Shown here piece after piece: positions 16,554 through 26,153 of a DNA stretch of 64,000 bases (positions are counted from its first letter, which is position 1; every line of letters begins with the position of its first letter). The stretch lies in assembly GCA_035294645.1 (NCBI GenBank), contig DATGKN010000164.1, positions 99 to 64,098 of the forward strand, read 5' to 3'. Made by a program: the position numbers and the translations under genes. Below the pieces are notes generated by a model. It worked only from the letters and a program-made list of their open reading frames with translations, ran no database searches and was not told the DNA's origin. The DNA is from Chloroflexota bacterium (lineage in GTDB: Bacteria > Chloroflexota > UBA6077 > JAJPHF01).

Positions 16554-19139
16554 TCACGACTGGTCTCTGCTGGGCGCGCAGTCGTACAGTTGCCCGGGCG
16601 GCGGGCCGAATGGCCGTGCTGATGGGGTGCCGCCGTAGGCCGTGGCCTCCACCAGCTGGCAGTGGGCCTGCACCCAGGCCTGGCGGTCGGCGTGTCCGCC
16701 GGGCCCGGCCCCAGGCGGACCGCCCAGCAGCACGAACCGCAGCGCGCCAGCACGCACCAGGGCCGCGAGCTGGGCCGTCGTGGGCACCGGGTCGGCGCCA
16801 GCGAAGCCGCCCATCGCCAGCACCGGCTCGCCCGTGGCCAGGATCAGCGGCGCCGCGGCCATCGAGCCGGTCGTCGCCACCAGGTACGTCGCGCCGTCGC
16901 GGTGCGCCTGGAGGTAGGCGATGAGGCCCGGGCTGGTAGCGTCGGGGGGCGCCCCTGGTGGCCCCGGGGGCAGCCCGGGCGGCAGCGGCGGATTCCCGGC
17001 CACGGGCACGCCCAGGCCCGGGCCGAGCCCGGCGCCGGGTGGTGGTCCGAACGGCAGCCCGCCGGCCGCGCGCGGCCCCGCCTGGGGGTTCATCGCCAGC
17101 GCGGGCTGCTGAAGGGTCGCTACCCCCCAGGCCGCCGGCCCGAGCAGCAGCGCCGCCATGCCGAGCCCGAACGCGGCGACGCCTATCGTCCGTCGGCGGC
17201 CGCAGTGCGCCGCGATCAGGCCACCGCCGGCCAGCAGCGCGCCGCCCGCGATGACGCTCCCCAGCCACGGGTGCCACCCGCCGCGCGCCACCAGCACCGC
17301 GGGCCAGCCCGCGCCCAGCCCCAGGGCCAGGGGCAGCAGCCGCCCCGCCCAGGTTCGCTGCCGATAGGCGTCCCACAGCGTGGCCAGGCCCGTGCCCGCG
17401 AGGGCGGCGATGGCCGGGGCCAGGGCGGCGGTGTAGTAGGGATGGAAGATGCCCCGCATGCAACTGAACACCACGGCGTGGGCGACCAGCCAGCCGCCCC
17501 ACAGCAGGCACGCCGCGCGGGGGCCGTCGGTGCGCGGCCGGCGCCCGCGGCTGGCGAGCCCCACGGCCAGGCCGAGCGCGGCCAGGGGCAGCAGCCAGCT
17601 GATCTGATCGCCGACCTCCGCGTTGAATAGGCGCAGCCAGCCCGGCGGCCCGCCGAACCCGCCGCCGGGGCCCGGGGGCGGGCCGCCGGACGACAGCGCG
17701 GCACCTGGCGGCGGGGGCAAGGTGTCGCCAACGGCCCCCGGCGGCGCGCCGGCCGGGGGCGGTGCGTCCGGCGGGCCCCCGGGGCCCTGCCCCCACAGCC
17801 GGCCCAGCCCGTTGTAGCCGAGCGCCAGCTCGAAGGCGCTGTTGGTCTGGCTGCCGCCAATATATGGGCGGGCTTCCGGCGGCGTGAGCGCCACTGCCAG
17901 CGGCCACGCCGCCGACACCGCGGCCAGCAGCGTCCCAAACGCCAGCAGGTGGCCCAGGCGCCGCCGCAGGGTGCCCGGCGCGGCCACGAGGTACGTCAGC
18001 GCGCACGCCGGCACCACCAGGTACGCTTGCAGCATCTTGGTGGTGAATGCCAGCCCCACCAGCGCGGCGCTCGCCAGTAGCGGGCGCAGCCGCCCGCTCT
18101 CCACGGCCACCAGGAGGCACCCGCCGGCCCCCACCAGCAGCAGCACGAGCAGCGCATCGGGCAGGTTGGTGCGGTTGATGGCCACGCTCACCGGCGTGAG
18201 CGCCAGGATGAGCGCCGCGAGCAGCGCGGCCAGTGGCCCGTGGCTGCGGCGCACCGCCCAGTGCAGCGCCAGCACGGTGAGCACCCCTTCCACCACCTGC
18301 GGCAACAGCAGGCTGGTGCCCTGGAAGCCGAGCAGCCGCGCCGCCAGCGCCTGGAGCCACAGGGCTAGCGGGGGCTTGTCCACGGTGATGAAGCCGGCGG
18401 GATCGAACGCGCCGAACAGGAAATTCGACCAGCTCGCCAGCATGCTGCGCACCGCTGCGGCGTAGTAGGGGTTGCCCCAGCCCTCGCGCGTGATGCCCCA
18501 GCCGTACAACACCGCCGCCAGCGCGAGCACGCCGCTCAGCGCCGGTCGCTCCCAGCGCGGGGCGCCCGGTGCCGCCACGCCGTGGTGCCCGGCGGGCACG
18601 CCCGCGGAGGCTTGCTCGGCGCCCGAGGTGCCCGGCAGGCGGTCGGTGGGCGTGGGACACGGCAGGGCCGCGCGCTGCTGCACGCGCGGTGGCGCGCCAG
18701 CGGGCCGAAACACGATCCGATCGCCCAGCAGGAAGTTGGCGCCCGCGGCCGCCAGGATCCCCAGCGCTGCGGCCACGCTCGGCGGCAGCGCCGCCCGCGC
18801 GCCCGTGAACACGGCCCAGTTCAGCGCCGCGGTGCTGGCCATCGCCAGGTGGAACCGCGCCCACTGCCGCGCTAGCGCCGCGCCGGCCGCCTGGGGCGAA
18901 CGGCGATCGCGCCAGGTGAAGCCGGCGCTGAGCCCGAAGTTCACCTGGGTGGCCACGAGCAGCGCCGCGGCATTGGCCAGTAGCGGCGCCCACCCTAGCG
19001 CGAGCCCGACGTGCAGCCCGGCGAGCTGCACCAGGCTGGCCGCCGTGCCGGTGGCGGCGAAGCGGAACAGGCGAGGCCGGAACAGTGCGGGCCCGCGCGT
19101 CGCGCGGCTCGGCGCCGCCGGGGGGCAGCTAGCCAGCAT
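16554..19139 (-). CDS. Fusion of a GtrA-like flippase domain with a GT-C glycosyltransferase (GT39/ArnT/PMT-like) plus C-terminal Pro/Gly-rich extension
   Basis: N-terminal 4-TM GtrA-like segment (RFAATGTAASLVQLAGL...RFHLAMASTAALNWAVF...). Then a GT39/ArnT-type region (YGWGITREGWGNPYYAAAVRSM...FITVDKPPLALWLQALAARLLG...). Multiple TM helices and PPGxPP-rich loops. Start chosen at MLASCPP (11-nt overlap with the upstream GT2 stop); ORF-track start 19199. Confidence 0.7.
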   Translation of the reverse strand: MLASCPPAAPSRATRGPALFRPRLFRFAATGTAASLVQLAGLHVGLALGWAPLLANAAALLVATQVNFGLSAGFTWRDRRSPQAAGAALARQWARFHLAMASTAALNWAVFTGARAALPPSVAAALGILAAAGANFLLGDRIVFRPAGAPPRVQQRAALPCPTPTDRLPGTSGAEQASAGVPAGHHGVAAPGAPRWERPALSGVLALAAVLYGWGITREGWGNPYYAAAVRSMLASWSNFLFGAFDPAGFITVDKPPLALWLQALAARLLGFQGTSLLLPQVVEGVLTVLALHWAVRRSHGPLAALLAALILALTPVSVAINRTNLPDALLVLLLVGAGGCLLVAVESGRLRPLLASAALVGLAFTTKMLQAYLVVPACALTYLVAAPGTLRRRLGHLLAFGTLLAAVSAAWPLAVALTPPEARPYIGGSQTNSAFELALGYNGLGRLWGQGPGGPPDAPPPAGAPPGAVGDTLPPPPGAALSSGGPPPGPGGGFGGPPGWLRLFNAEVGDQISWLLPLAALGLAVGLASRGRRPRTDGPRAACLLWGGWLVAHAVVFSCMRGIFHPYYTAALAPAIAALAGTGLATLWDAYRQRTWAGRLLPLALGLGAGWPAVLVARGGWHPWLGSVIAGGALLAGGGLIAAHCGRRRTIGVAAFGLGMAALLLGPAAWGVATLQQPALAMNPQAGPRAAGGLPFGPPPGAGLGPGLGVPVAGNPPLPPGLPPGPPGAPPDATSPGLIAYLQAHRDGATYLVATTGSMAAAPLILATGEPVLAMGGFAGADPVPTTAQLAALVRAGALRFVLLGGPPGAGPGGHADRQAWVQAHCQLVEATAYGGTPSARPFGPPPGQLYDCAPSRDQS

Positions 19140-19992
19140 GGACACGCCTCCGCTCCGACGCCTGTGGTACCGCTGGCGCATCGGCCCGGCCCAGCTCACG
19201 GCGCAGCGACAGCAGCTCGGCCAGCGCGCGGGCGATCACCGCGGGCCGGGCGCCTGTGGCGCGGCCGGCGGTGCGCGGCAGGTGGCGCACCGGCCGCTCT
19301 TTCACCCGGAAGCCCGCGCGCCGCGCCTTGATCAGGAACTCGGCGCTGAACGCCGCGCCACGCGAGCGCACGGTGAGCCGCTCCCACACCGCGCGGCGGA
19401 ACAGCTTGAACGCGCAGTCGATGTCGCGCGCGGTGTAGCCGAACAGGGCGTGGACCAGCAGCCGCCAGCCCCAGGCGTTCAGCGTGCGCAGCGGCGGGTC
19501 GACCCGCGGGCACCGCCAGCCGATCACCAGGTCGGTGGACTCGTCGAGGTCGGCCAGGAAGTCCGCCAGCTCGCGGACATCGAACTGCCGGTCGGCGTCG
19601 GTGTAGAAGAGCAGCTGCTTGCGCGCGGCATCGAAGCCGCTGGCCAGCGCGGCGCCGTAGCCCTGATTGCGCTGGTGCGTGACGACGCGCAGGTGCAGCG
19701 CCGGCTCGCGGGCGCTCAGCGCCGCCAGCAGCCGACCAGTGGCATCGCGCGAGCCGTCGTCGACCACCACGATCTCGAAGTCGTCCACTAGGGCGCGCAG
19801 CACCGCGGCCAGCTCGCGGACGGCCGCCACGATGCAGGCTTCCTCGTTGTAGGCTGGCAGCACGGCCGAGAGGCTCAGCGGCTCGGCCGGCCCCGCTGGC
19901 CGCAGGGGGCGTACCGCCCTGGCGAGCTGGGGTAGGGGCCGCAGGGTAGACACGCGCGGCCCCTCAAGGGACAGAATGCTTCGCCCTGACAT
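19129..19992 (-). CDS. GT2-family polyprenol-phosphate sugar synthase (GtrB / Dpm1 / Ppm1-like)
   Basis: LSLSAVLPAYNEE...EIVVVDDGSRD...HQRNQGYGAALASG (DXD-type GT2-A motifs). ATG at 19992 preceded by GGGAGGAG. The 395-aa ORF-track version is over-extended. Confidence 0.8.
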   Translation of the reverse strand: MSGRSILSLEGPRVSTLRPLPQLARAVRPLRPAGPAEPLSLSAVLPAYNEEACIVAAVRELAAVLRALVDDFEIVVVDDGSRDATGRLLAALSAREPALHLRVVTHQRNQGYGAALASGFDAARKQLLFYTDADRQFDVRELADFLADLDESTDLVIGWRCPRVDPPLRTLNAWGWRLLVHALFGYTARDIDCAFKLFRRAVWERLTVRSRGAAFSAEFLIKARRAGFRVKERPVRHLPRTAGRATGARPAVIARALAELLSLRRELGRADAPAVPQASERRRVHAG

Positions 19993-20023
19993 GAGTCTCC
20001 TCCCTGGTCGCATGGACGTGCGC

Positions 20024-20302
20024 TCAGCCCGCCTGGGGCTGGGCGGCCTTCGGGGGGCGGCCCCGGCGGCGCGGCCGCCACTCCAGCGGGTTCGGTAGCG
20101 GCCGCACCGGCTGGACCTCGTCCAGGAACACTGCCCCGCCACAGTGCGCGCAGCGCACCTGCCAGAGCCAGCACACCTGCCGCACCGCGCGGCCCGGGAC
20201 GACCAGCACGCCGCGCTCGCCCGAGGACCCTTCGGACGACCAGGTCCAGGCGCCCGAGATGCGCCCGCACAGGTAGCAGCGGACTTCGGCGCAAAATCGC
20301 AT
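20024..20302 (-). CDS. Small zinc-ribbon protein (two CxxC pairs) with basic C-terminal tail
   Basis: CYLCG ... CAHCG. GGAGGA RBS 5 nt upstream of ATG. Same strand, 31 nt upstream of the GT2 gene. Confidence 0.55.
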   Translation of the reverse strand: MRFCAEVRCYLCGRISGAWTWSSEGSSGERGVLVVPGRAVRQVCWLWQVRCAHCGGAVFLDEVQPVRPLPNPLEWRPRRRGRPPKAAQPQAG

Positions 20303-20490
20303 CGGTTCCTCCTCACGTCGTGGGGCTGTGGTGCTATCCGCAGAGTACGGGGGCGGACCGGGCTCCTACATCCAGCGAAGGCGTACTCGTGGCCCGACCG
20401 CTTGGGTGGAGGCGCCGCTCACCCGAACGGGTCATCGGCCGGCGCGCGTGGGCCGCGGACGGGGGAACAGTGGGCAGGCGGCGCGGGGGG

Positions 20491-21198
20491 CTAGCGGGCG
20501 GGGAGCGGCGCGAGCGGCGGGCTCGCCGGCGCGGCGCTGCCGGGTGGGGGGAGCGCGCCGCCAGGCGGCGGCAACAGCCCGGCGCCCGGAGGGAGCCCAC
20601 CCAACGGTGGGGCGCCATCGCGGCTGAGGATCTGCACGCTCACGCCGCCCGCGGCGTCGCTGACGGCCACGAACTGGCCCGGCTGGAGCGCGCTGCGGTC
20701 CGCCGTGACCACTTCCTGCACGCGGGTGTCCGGCGCCAGCGGCACGCGCTGTTCGCCGAACGGGGTGGTGAGCACCAGGGTATCGCCCTCCACCGCGGCC
20801 ACTAGTCCTACCCGTGGCGCGCTCCCCGGCGGCAGGGTGCCCGGCGCGGGGAGTAGTGGGTCACTGACGCCGGTCGGCAAGGTCGCGCTCGCCGGCGCGC
20901 TAGCGGGCGCCGGCGGCAGGGCGGGCAGGGGCGTCACGGCCAGCGGCGGCGTCGGGCGGAACGCAGTTAGCCGCGCTGCCCCGCCGCCCAGCCCGGCCCC
21001 GACCACACAGGCGGCAGCGAGCAGCGCCCACCACGGCGCCCGGCGGAGCGGGCGGGCGGTTGGGGATAGGGCGCCAGCCCTGGCCAGCGCGGACGTGTCG
21101 CGCGGCGCCGCCCGCGCCCCGTCGGTCGCCACCGCCGTGGCCGCCGAAGGCTGTGCAGCTGGCCGGGCGTGATGATCCTGGTCTGCGCGCTCTGTCAT
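20491..21198 (-). CDS. Single-pass membrane protein with Pro-rich extracytoplasmic region and a small beta-rich domain
   Basis: TM WWALLAAACVVGAGLGG. Pro-rich linkers (PLPALPPAPASAPASATLP...; C-terminal GGLPPGAGLLPPPGGALPPPGS). Central segment VGLVAAVEGDTLVLTTPFGEQRVPLAPDTRVQEV...LQPGQFVAV resembles the beta-barrel/MP domain of HlyD-type adaptors. Confidence 0.5.
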   Translation of the reverse strand: MTERADQDHHARPAAQPSAATAVATDGARAAPRDTSALARAGALSPTARPLRRAPWWALLAAACVVGAGLGGGAARLTAFRPTPPLAVTPLPALPPAPASAPASATLPTGVSDPLLPAPGTLPPGSAPRVGLVAAVEGDTLVLTTPFGEQRVPLAPDTRVQEVVTADRSALQPGQFVAVSDAAGGVSVQILSRDGAPPLGGLPPGAGLLPPPGGALPPPGSAAPASPPLAPLPAR

Positions 21199-21231
21199 TA
21201 TGTCGCCTCACACGCTTGTACTCCGCCGGGG

Positions 21232-22497
21232 TCACTCGTAGCGCAGCGCCTGGATGGGGCGCAGCTGCGCGGCGCGCAGCGCGGGGTAGGTGCCGAAGAA
21301 CAGGCCCACGGCCACCGAGACGCCGAAGGCCAACAGCACAGCGTCGGGAGTCACCACCGCCTGCGCGTCCCGCGTGCCGGGCGGGCCGGGCAGTACCGCC
21401 ACCGCGCCCACGAAGCGCGCCGCGACCAAGCCCGCGCCGATCCCCAGCAGCCCGCCGCAGCTGCTTACTACCAGCGCCTCGATGAGGAACTGCACCAAGA
21501 TATCGCGCCGCCGGGCGCCCACTGCCTTGCGAATGCCGATCTCCCGCGTGCGTTCGGTGACCGACACCAGCATGATGTTCATGATGCCGATGCCGCCCAC
21601 TACCAGCGAGATGCCGGCGATGGCGCCCAACAGCAGCGTCATCGAGCCGCTGACCTGGCTGACAGTCCGCAGGAAATCTTCCTGGCTCTGGATGCTGAAG
21701 TCGTCCTGCACGACGCGGTGGCGCTGGCGCAGCAGCGCCCCGATCTCCGCCACGGCGCGCGCCATCTCTGCCTCGTCTGCCACCGAGACGTTGATCGTGG
21801 ACACCGTCTGCGCGCCCTGGACGTTGCGATTCGCCGCCACCCGCGCGATGTAGGTCGTCAGCGGCACGAACACCTGGTCGTCCGGGCTGCCGAAGCCCGT
21901 GCCGCCCTTGCTCTCCATCACCCCGATGACCGTGAAGATCACTCCCGTGCTGCCCGACACGCTGAGCCGCACGGCCTGACCGAGGGGGCTCCCGCCGGGG
22001 AACAGGTTGCGCGCTACCGTGGCCCCAAGCACCATCACGGCGCGGCGCTGCTCATACTGCTCGGCGGTGAAGAACTGCCCCGCCGCCGGCCGCCAGTTGC
22101 GGACCGCCGGGTAGCTGGGGTTGGTGGCCACGATGCGCGTGTTCCAGTTCTGGTTGCCGGCCACGAGCTGGCCGCTGCTACCCAGCTCGGGTGCCACGGC
22201 CTGCACCGAGCGCACCGCCTGCAGGATCGCCGCGGCGTCTTGCAGCGTCAGGGTCGCTGCGCTGCCCTGGGCGCCGCGCACCCCGCCCGATTGCGTGGAG
22301 CCGGGCCGGACGAAGAGAATGTTGGTGCCCAGGCTCTGGATCTGCTGCAAGATGCTGATCTGCGCGCCGCGCCCGACCGCCACCATGGCGATCACCGCGC
22401 CGACGCCGATGATCAGCCCCAGCATGGTGAGCAGCGCCCGCAGCTTGTTGGCCGCTAGCGCCCGCACCGCGATCCGCACGCTCTCCCACAGGTTCAT
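21232..22497 (-). CDS. MacB/FtsX-family ABC transporter permease (YknZ/MacB-like)
   Basis: N-terminal TM, large extracytoplasmic domain, three C-terminal TM helices. ...[31 protein letters not shown]... (FtsX signature). Confidence 0.85.
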   Translation of the reverse strand: MNLWESVRIAVRALAANKLRALLTMLGLIIGVGAVIAMVAVGRGAQISILQQIQSLGTNILFVRPGSTQSGGVRGAQGSAATLTLQDAAAILQAVRSVQAVAPELGSSGQLVAGNQNWNTRIVATNPSYPAVRNWRPAAGQFFTAEQYEQRRAVMVLGATVARNLFPGGSPLGQAVRLSVSGSTGVIFTVIGVMESKGGTGFGSPDDQVFVPLTTYIARVAANRNVQGAQTVSTINVSVADEAEMARAVAEIGALLRQRHRVVQDDFSIQSQEDFLRTVSQVSGSMTLLLGAIAGISLVVGGIGIMNIMLVSVTERTREIGIRKAVGARRRDILVQFLIEALVVSSCGGLLGIGAGLVAARFVGAVAVLPGPPGTRDAQAVVTPDAVLLAFGVSVAVGLFFGTYPALRAAQLRPIQALRYE

Positions 22498-23225
22498 GGG
22501 CGCCCCGCCTGCGCCGGCCGCGCCACCGGCGCATCGCTGCTGATCACCCCGTCCCGCAGCGTGATCACCCGCTGGGCATGCTCCGCGATGTCCTCCTCGT
22601 GCGTCACCAGCACCACCGTCAGCCCTCGCTCCCGATTCAGCGCCTGCAGCAGCCCCATGATCTCCTCGCTGGTCCGCGTGTCCAGCGCCCCGGTCGGCTC
22701 GTCCGCCAGTATCAGGCTCGGCTCCGTCACCAGCGCCCGCGCGATCGCCACCCGCTGCTGCTGGCCCCCCGACAGCTCCGTCGGCTTGTGGTGCGCCCGC
22801 TCCGCCAGCCCCACCGCCCGCAGCGCCGTCAGCGCCCGCTCCCGTCGGGGCCGGATGCCCCCGTAGAGCAGCGGCAGCTCCACCTGCTCCACCGCCGGCA
22901 GTCGCGGCAGCAGGTTGAAGCTCTGGAACACGAACCCCAGCTTGCGGTTGCGGATCCTCGCCAGCTCGTCGTCGCTAAGGTCCGCGACCTCCACCCCGTC
23001 CAGCTGGTAGCTGCCGCTGGTGGGCTGGTCGAGGCAGCCGATGATGTTCATCAGGGTGGACTTGCCCGACCCCGACGGCCCCATGATGGCCACGAACTCG
23101 CCGTGCTGGATGTCCAGCGACACCCCCCGCAGCGCGTGCACCGCGATGTCGCCCATCGTGTACACCTTCGTCACGTCGCGGATCCGGATGACCGTCTGGT
23201 CGGGTGCCGTGAGCAACTGCTCCAT
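22494..23225 (-). CDS. ABC transporter ATP-binding protein (MacB/LolD/YknY type)
   Basis: Walker [13 protein letters not shown] signature [15 protein letters not shown], Walker [15 protein letters not shown] at 23225 with GGAGGGGAG RBS; 4-nt overlap with the permease gene. Confidence 0.9.
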   Translation of the reverse strand: MEQLLTAPDQTVIRIRDVTKVYTMGDIAVHALRGVSLDIQHGEFVAIMGPSGSGKSTLMNIIGCLDQPTSGSYQLDGVEVADLSDDELARIRNRKLGFVFQSFNLLPRLPAVEQVELPLLYGGIRPRRERALTALRAVGLAERAHHKPTELSGGQQQRVAIARALVTEPSLILADEPTGALDTRTSEEIMGLLQALNRERGLTVVLVTHEEDIAEHAQRVITLRDGVISSDAPVARPAQAGRP

Positions 23226-23279
23226 TGCCGGGTGCTCCCCTCCGTTTCTCACGGGCGGTGAGGCTGACCGGGCAGCGCG

Positions 23280-26111
23280 CTAGCGCGGGCCCGCGCCGCG
23301 CGCGCCGCCAGCGGCCGGGGGGGCGCCGGGGGGTGGGCCGCCGGGAGGCGGGGCGCCCGGGGGCGGCGCGCCCGGTGGCAGCAGCAGCCCCCCGACCATC
23401 GGGTTGCTGGTGTTCCCAATGACGGTTGGGAGGACCACCTGCTCGCCTTCGGCTAGGCCGAACGTGATCTCGGTCTGCTGCTCGTCGCTGAGGCCGCGCT
23501 GCACCGCGCGCGTCGCGATCTGGCCGTCGGCGGTCAGCACATCCACGACGTACCCGGGGCCCTGCTGGCGCAGCGCGCGGCTGGGCACTAGCAGGGCGTC
23601 GGCCTTCTGTGCGTAGATGATGGTGGCGGTGGCCGTCATGCCGGGCCAGATGTCGCGCTGGTCGTCCAGCGCGATGTACACCAGGTAGCTGGTCACGCCC
23701 TGGGAGGTGGTCCCCTGAGGGCTGAGCGCCGTCACCCGCCCCGGCACCACGCGCCCCGGCAGGGCGTCGAGGGTGAGCTGCACGGGTAGCCCGACCCGCA
23801 GGTTCGGTATGTCCACCTCCGCCACGCTGGCCTCGACGTGCAGCGCGTCGGTGCTCATCACGGTGATGGCGCCGCCGCTGTTGGTGGCCCCGCTGCTGCC
23901 GGAGGTCGTGCTGCCACTGGCGGACCCGGAGCTGCCGCCACCGATGCCGCCGGATTGCTCGCCGACGTTGTAGCCCACTTGGCTGACGACGCCCGCGAAC
24001 GGGGCGACAAGTACGGCGTGGTCGAGGTTGCGCTGCGCCTGGGTCAGGCGGGCGCGGGCATCGTCCACGGCGGCGAGCTGGGCGGCGAGGTCTTGCTCGG
24101 TGTAGGGCCGTAGCTTGAGCTGGGTGTCGGCTTGCGCTTGGGCCACGGCCTGGCGCTGCTGCTCGAGGGCCTGGGGGCTGGTGGGCTGGCGCTTGAGGGC
24201 GAGCTGCGCCTCCGCCTGGCGCACGGCCTGGCGCTGGGCCTCCAGGTCCTCGTCGGTGTAGGGGCGGCGCGCCTTGGCCAGCTGCTCCTCGGCCTGGCGC
24301 ACGGCGGCCTCGGCCTGGGCGATCTCCTCCGGCCGCGGCCCCGCCTGGAGCTGTTGCAGCTTCACCTCGGCCGCTTGCAGGTTGGCGCGGGCGGTCGCCA
24401 CGTTGGCCTCGGCGGCGGCGAGGTCGTCGGGCTTGGGCTGGGCGCGTAGGTCGGCCAGCTTGGCCTCGGCGCTGCGCACGCCCACGCGGGCGGCTTCCAC
24501 GGCGGCTTGCGCGGCGGCGATCGCTTCCGGCCGCGGGTTGCGCAGCTCCTCCAGGTGGGCGAGCGCGCTCTGGTAGTTGTTGCGCGCCTGCTCGAGGGCG
24601 CTTTGGGCCTCGGCCAGGTCGGCGGGATTGGGGTTGTACAGCTGGTCGAGCTTGGCCTGGGCGCTGGCCACTGCCGCCAGGGCCGCGTTCACGTTCGCCT
24701 GGGCGCCGGGCAGGCCGTTGTTGCGCCCGCCGGCTTGCAGGCCCTGCAGCGTCGATTGGGCGCGCAGCAGCGTGGCGTTGGCGCTGCTCACGGCCGCCTG
24801 GGCGCTGTACAGGTCCTGGGGGCTGACCTGGGACGCCCCGCCGGCCACGCCGCCGCTGACGGTTGCGTTGGTCGCGCTGGTCGCGCTGGCACCGCTGGTG
24901 TTCGCGCCGGCGGCCGTGCCCGTGGCGGGCGCGGTGCTGGCGGCCGCGCTGGTGGTGCCCGCGCTGGAGCCGCCGGGCTGCCCCTGGAGCTGCCCCAGGC
25001 GCGCCTGCGCGGCCTGCAGGTTGCGGGCGGCGGTGAGCACGTCCTCGCCCGCGGCGGCCATCTCCCAGGCGCCGGTCTGGGCGCGGGTCTGGGCCAGGGT
25101 GGTCTGCGCGGAGCGGAGCTGGGCCTGGGCCTGCTGGAGCTGGGCCTGGGCCACCGCCACGTCGGCCGCCGAGGGGTTGCGCAGCTGGCGCAGGCGGGCC
25201 TCGGCGCTCTGCTGGGCGGCCAGCGCGTTGTCCACCGCGACCTGGGCGGCCACCAGATCGGCCACCGTGGGGTGGAGCAGCTTGTCGAGCTGGTCCTCGG
25301 CGCTGCGCAGGTTGGCCCGCGCGGAGGCGAGCTGCGCCTCGGCGGCCTCGAGGTCGGCCGGGGTGGCGCCCGCGCGCACCTGTTCCAGCCGGGCGAGGTT
25401 GCTGGCCAGGGTAGCGCGGGCGCTGTCCACGGCGGCCTGGGCGGCGGCCAGGTCGGCCGGCAGCGGCGAGTTGCGCAGGTCCTGCAGCTTGGCCCGCGCG
25501 CTGTCGAGCGCCGCCTGCGCCGCTGCGATGTCCTCGGGGCGTCCCTGCGCCTCCATGCTGCGCAGCTTGGCCACCGCGGCGTCCAGCTGGGCCTGGGCGG
25601 TGGCGATGTCCTCGGATCGCGGCGTGGCCAGGTCGGCCAGGCGCGCCTGCGCCTGCGCCAGCTGCGCTTGCGCGCTAGCGACCTCCTCGGGCCGCGCGCC
25701 GTTGAGCAGCGTCTGGAGCTTGGCCTCGGCCTGCGTCACCGCCGCCTGGGCCTGGCGGTACTGGAGCTCCAGCTCGTCGGTATCCAACTGCGCCAGCACC
25801 TGGCCGGCCTCGACGCGGTCGCCGACTTTCACCGCGACGCTGGCCACCCGCCCGCTGACCAGGAAGTTGAGCTTCGTGCTAGTATCGGCCACCACCGTGC
25901 CCGCGCTGCTCACGCTGGCTTGGATCGGGCCGCGAACGGCCGGCACGGTCTGCACCTCCCGGGGCGCGGGCGTGGTCAGGCGCGCGTACGCGGCGTAGCT
26001 CAGCCCGGCGCTGAGGACCAGCGCCAGGCCGAGATAGAGCCACTGCGTGGGACGCAGGCCCGCGCCGACCCCGCGCAGGGTGGCGCCGGGGCGTGCGGCA
26101 GCTGCTCGCAT
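23280..26111 (-). CDS. HlyD/MacA/YknX-family membrane-fusion (periplasmic adaptor) protein with a hugely expanded alpha-helical repeat region (943 aa)
   Basis: N-terminal TM (WLYLGLALVLSAGLSYAAYA). Beta-strand (VSSAGTVVADTSTKLNFLVSGRVASVAVKVGDRVEAGQVLAQLD). About 20 tandem 25-33-aa helical units of type P-[ED]-[DE]-[IL]-A-x-AQAxLDxAxAxL. Canonical hairpin end and apfdGvV-like motif (LVAPFAGVVSQV). C-terminal beta domain and GAPPPGAPPPGGPPPGAPP tail. [13 protein letters not shown]. Confidence 0.8.
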   Translation of the reverse strand: MRAAAARPGATLRGVGAGLRPTQWLYLGLALVLSAGLSYAAYARLTTPAPREVQTVPAVRGPIQASVSSAGTVVADTSTKLNFLVSGRVASVAVKVGDRVEAGQVLAQLDTDELELQYRQAQAAVTQAEAKLQTLLNGARPEEVASAQAQLAQAQARLADLATPRSEDIATAQAQLDAAVAKLRSMEAQGRPEDIAAAQAALDSARAKLQDLRNSPLPADLAAAQAAVDSARATLASNLARLEQVRAGATPADLEAAEAQLASARANLRSAEDQLDKLLHPTVADLVAAQVAVDNALAAQQSAEARLRQLRNPSAADVAVAQAQLQQAQAQLRSAQTTLAQTRAQTGAWEMAAAGEDVLTAARNLQAAQARLGQLQGQPGGSSAGTTSAAASTAPATGTAAGANTSGASATSATNATVSGGVAGGASQVSPQDLYSAQAAVSSANATLLRAQSTLQGLQAGGRNNGLPGAQANVNAALAAVASAQAKLDQLYNPNPADLAEAQSALEQARNNYQSALAHLEELRNPRPEAIAAAQAAVEAARVGVRSAEAKLADLRAQPKPDDLAAAEANVATARANLQAAEVKLQQLQAGPRPEEIAQAEAAVRQAEEQLAKARRPYTDEDLEAQRQAVRQAEAQLALKRQPTSPQALEQQRQAVAQAQADTQLKLRPYTEQDLAAQLAAVDDARARLTQAQRNLDHAVLVAPFAGVVSQVGYNVGEQSGGIGGGSSGSASGSTTSGSSGATNSGGAITVMSTDALHVEASVAEVDIPNLRVGLPVQLTLDALPGRVVPGRVTALSPQGTTSQGVTSYLVYIALDDQRDIWPGMTATATIIYAQKADALLVPSRALRQQGPGYVVDVLTADGQIATRAVQRGLSDEQQTEITFGLAEGEQVVLPTVIGNTSNPMVGGLLLPPGAPPPGAPPPGGPPPGAPPAAGGARGAGPR
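24010..25750 (-). repeat. Degenerate in-frame tandem coding repeats (about 75-100 nt units) encoding the coiled-coil repeats of the adaptor, interrupted by Ser/Thr/Gly/Ala low-complexity linkers
   Basis: Repeated protein units listed under the adaptor CDS. DNA copies are diverged (not a recent duplication), visible as recurring gcctgggc / gcgctg / ctcggc blocks and as LGLGLG-type artefacts in other frames. Confidence 0.6.
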
Positions 26112-26153
26112 GAAGCTCTCCTCCCGTGGGGTGGATGGGATCCGTGGCCGGGG

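Noticed and set aside
16417-18993. 858-aa and other large ORFs overlapping the GtrA::GT39 gene (16417..18993-, 16662..17630+, 17842..18465+, 18472..19791+)
   Set aside because: No domains and extreme Arg/Gly/Pro/Ala composition. The frame encoding the GT39-like protein has coherent TM helices and motifs.
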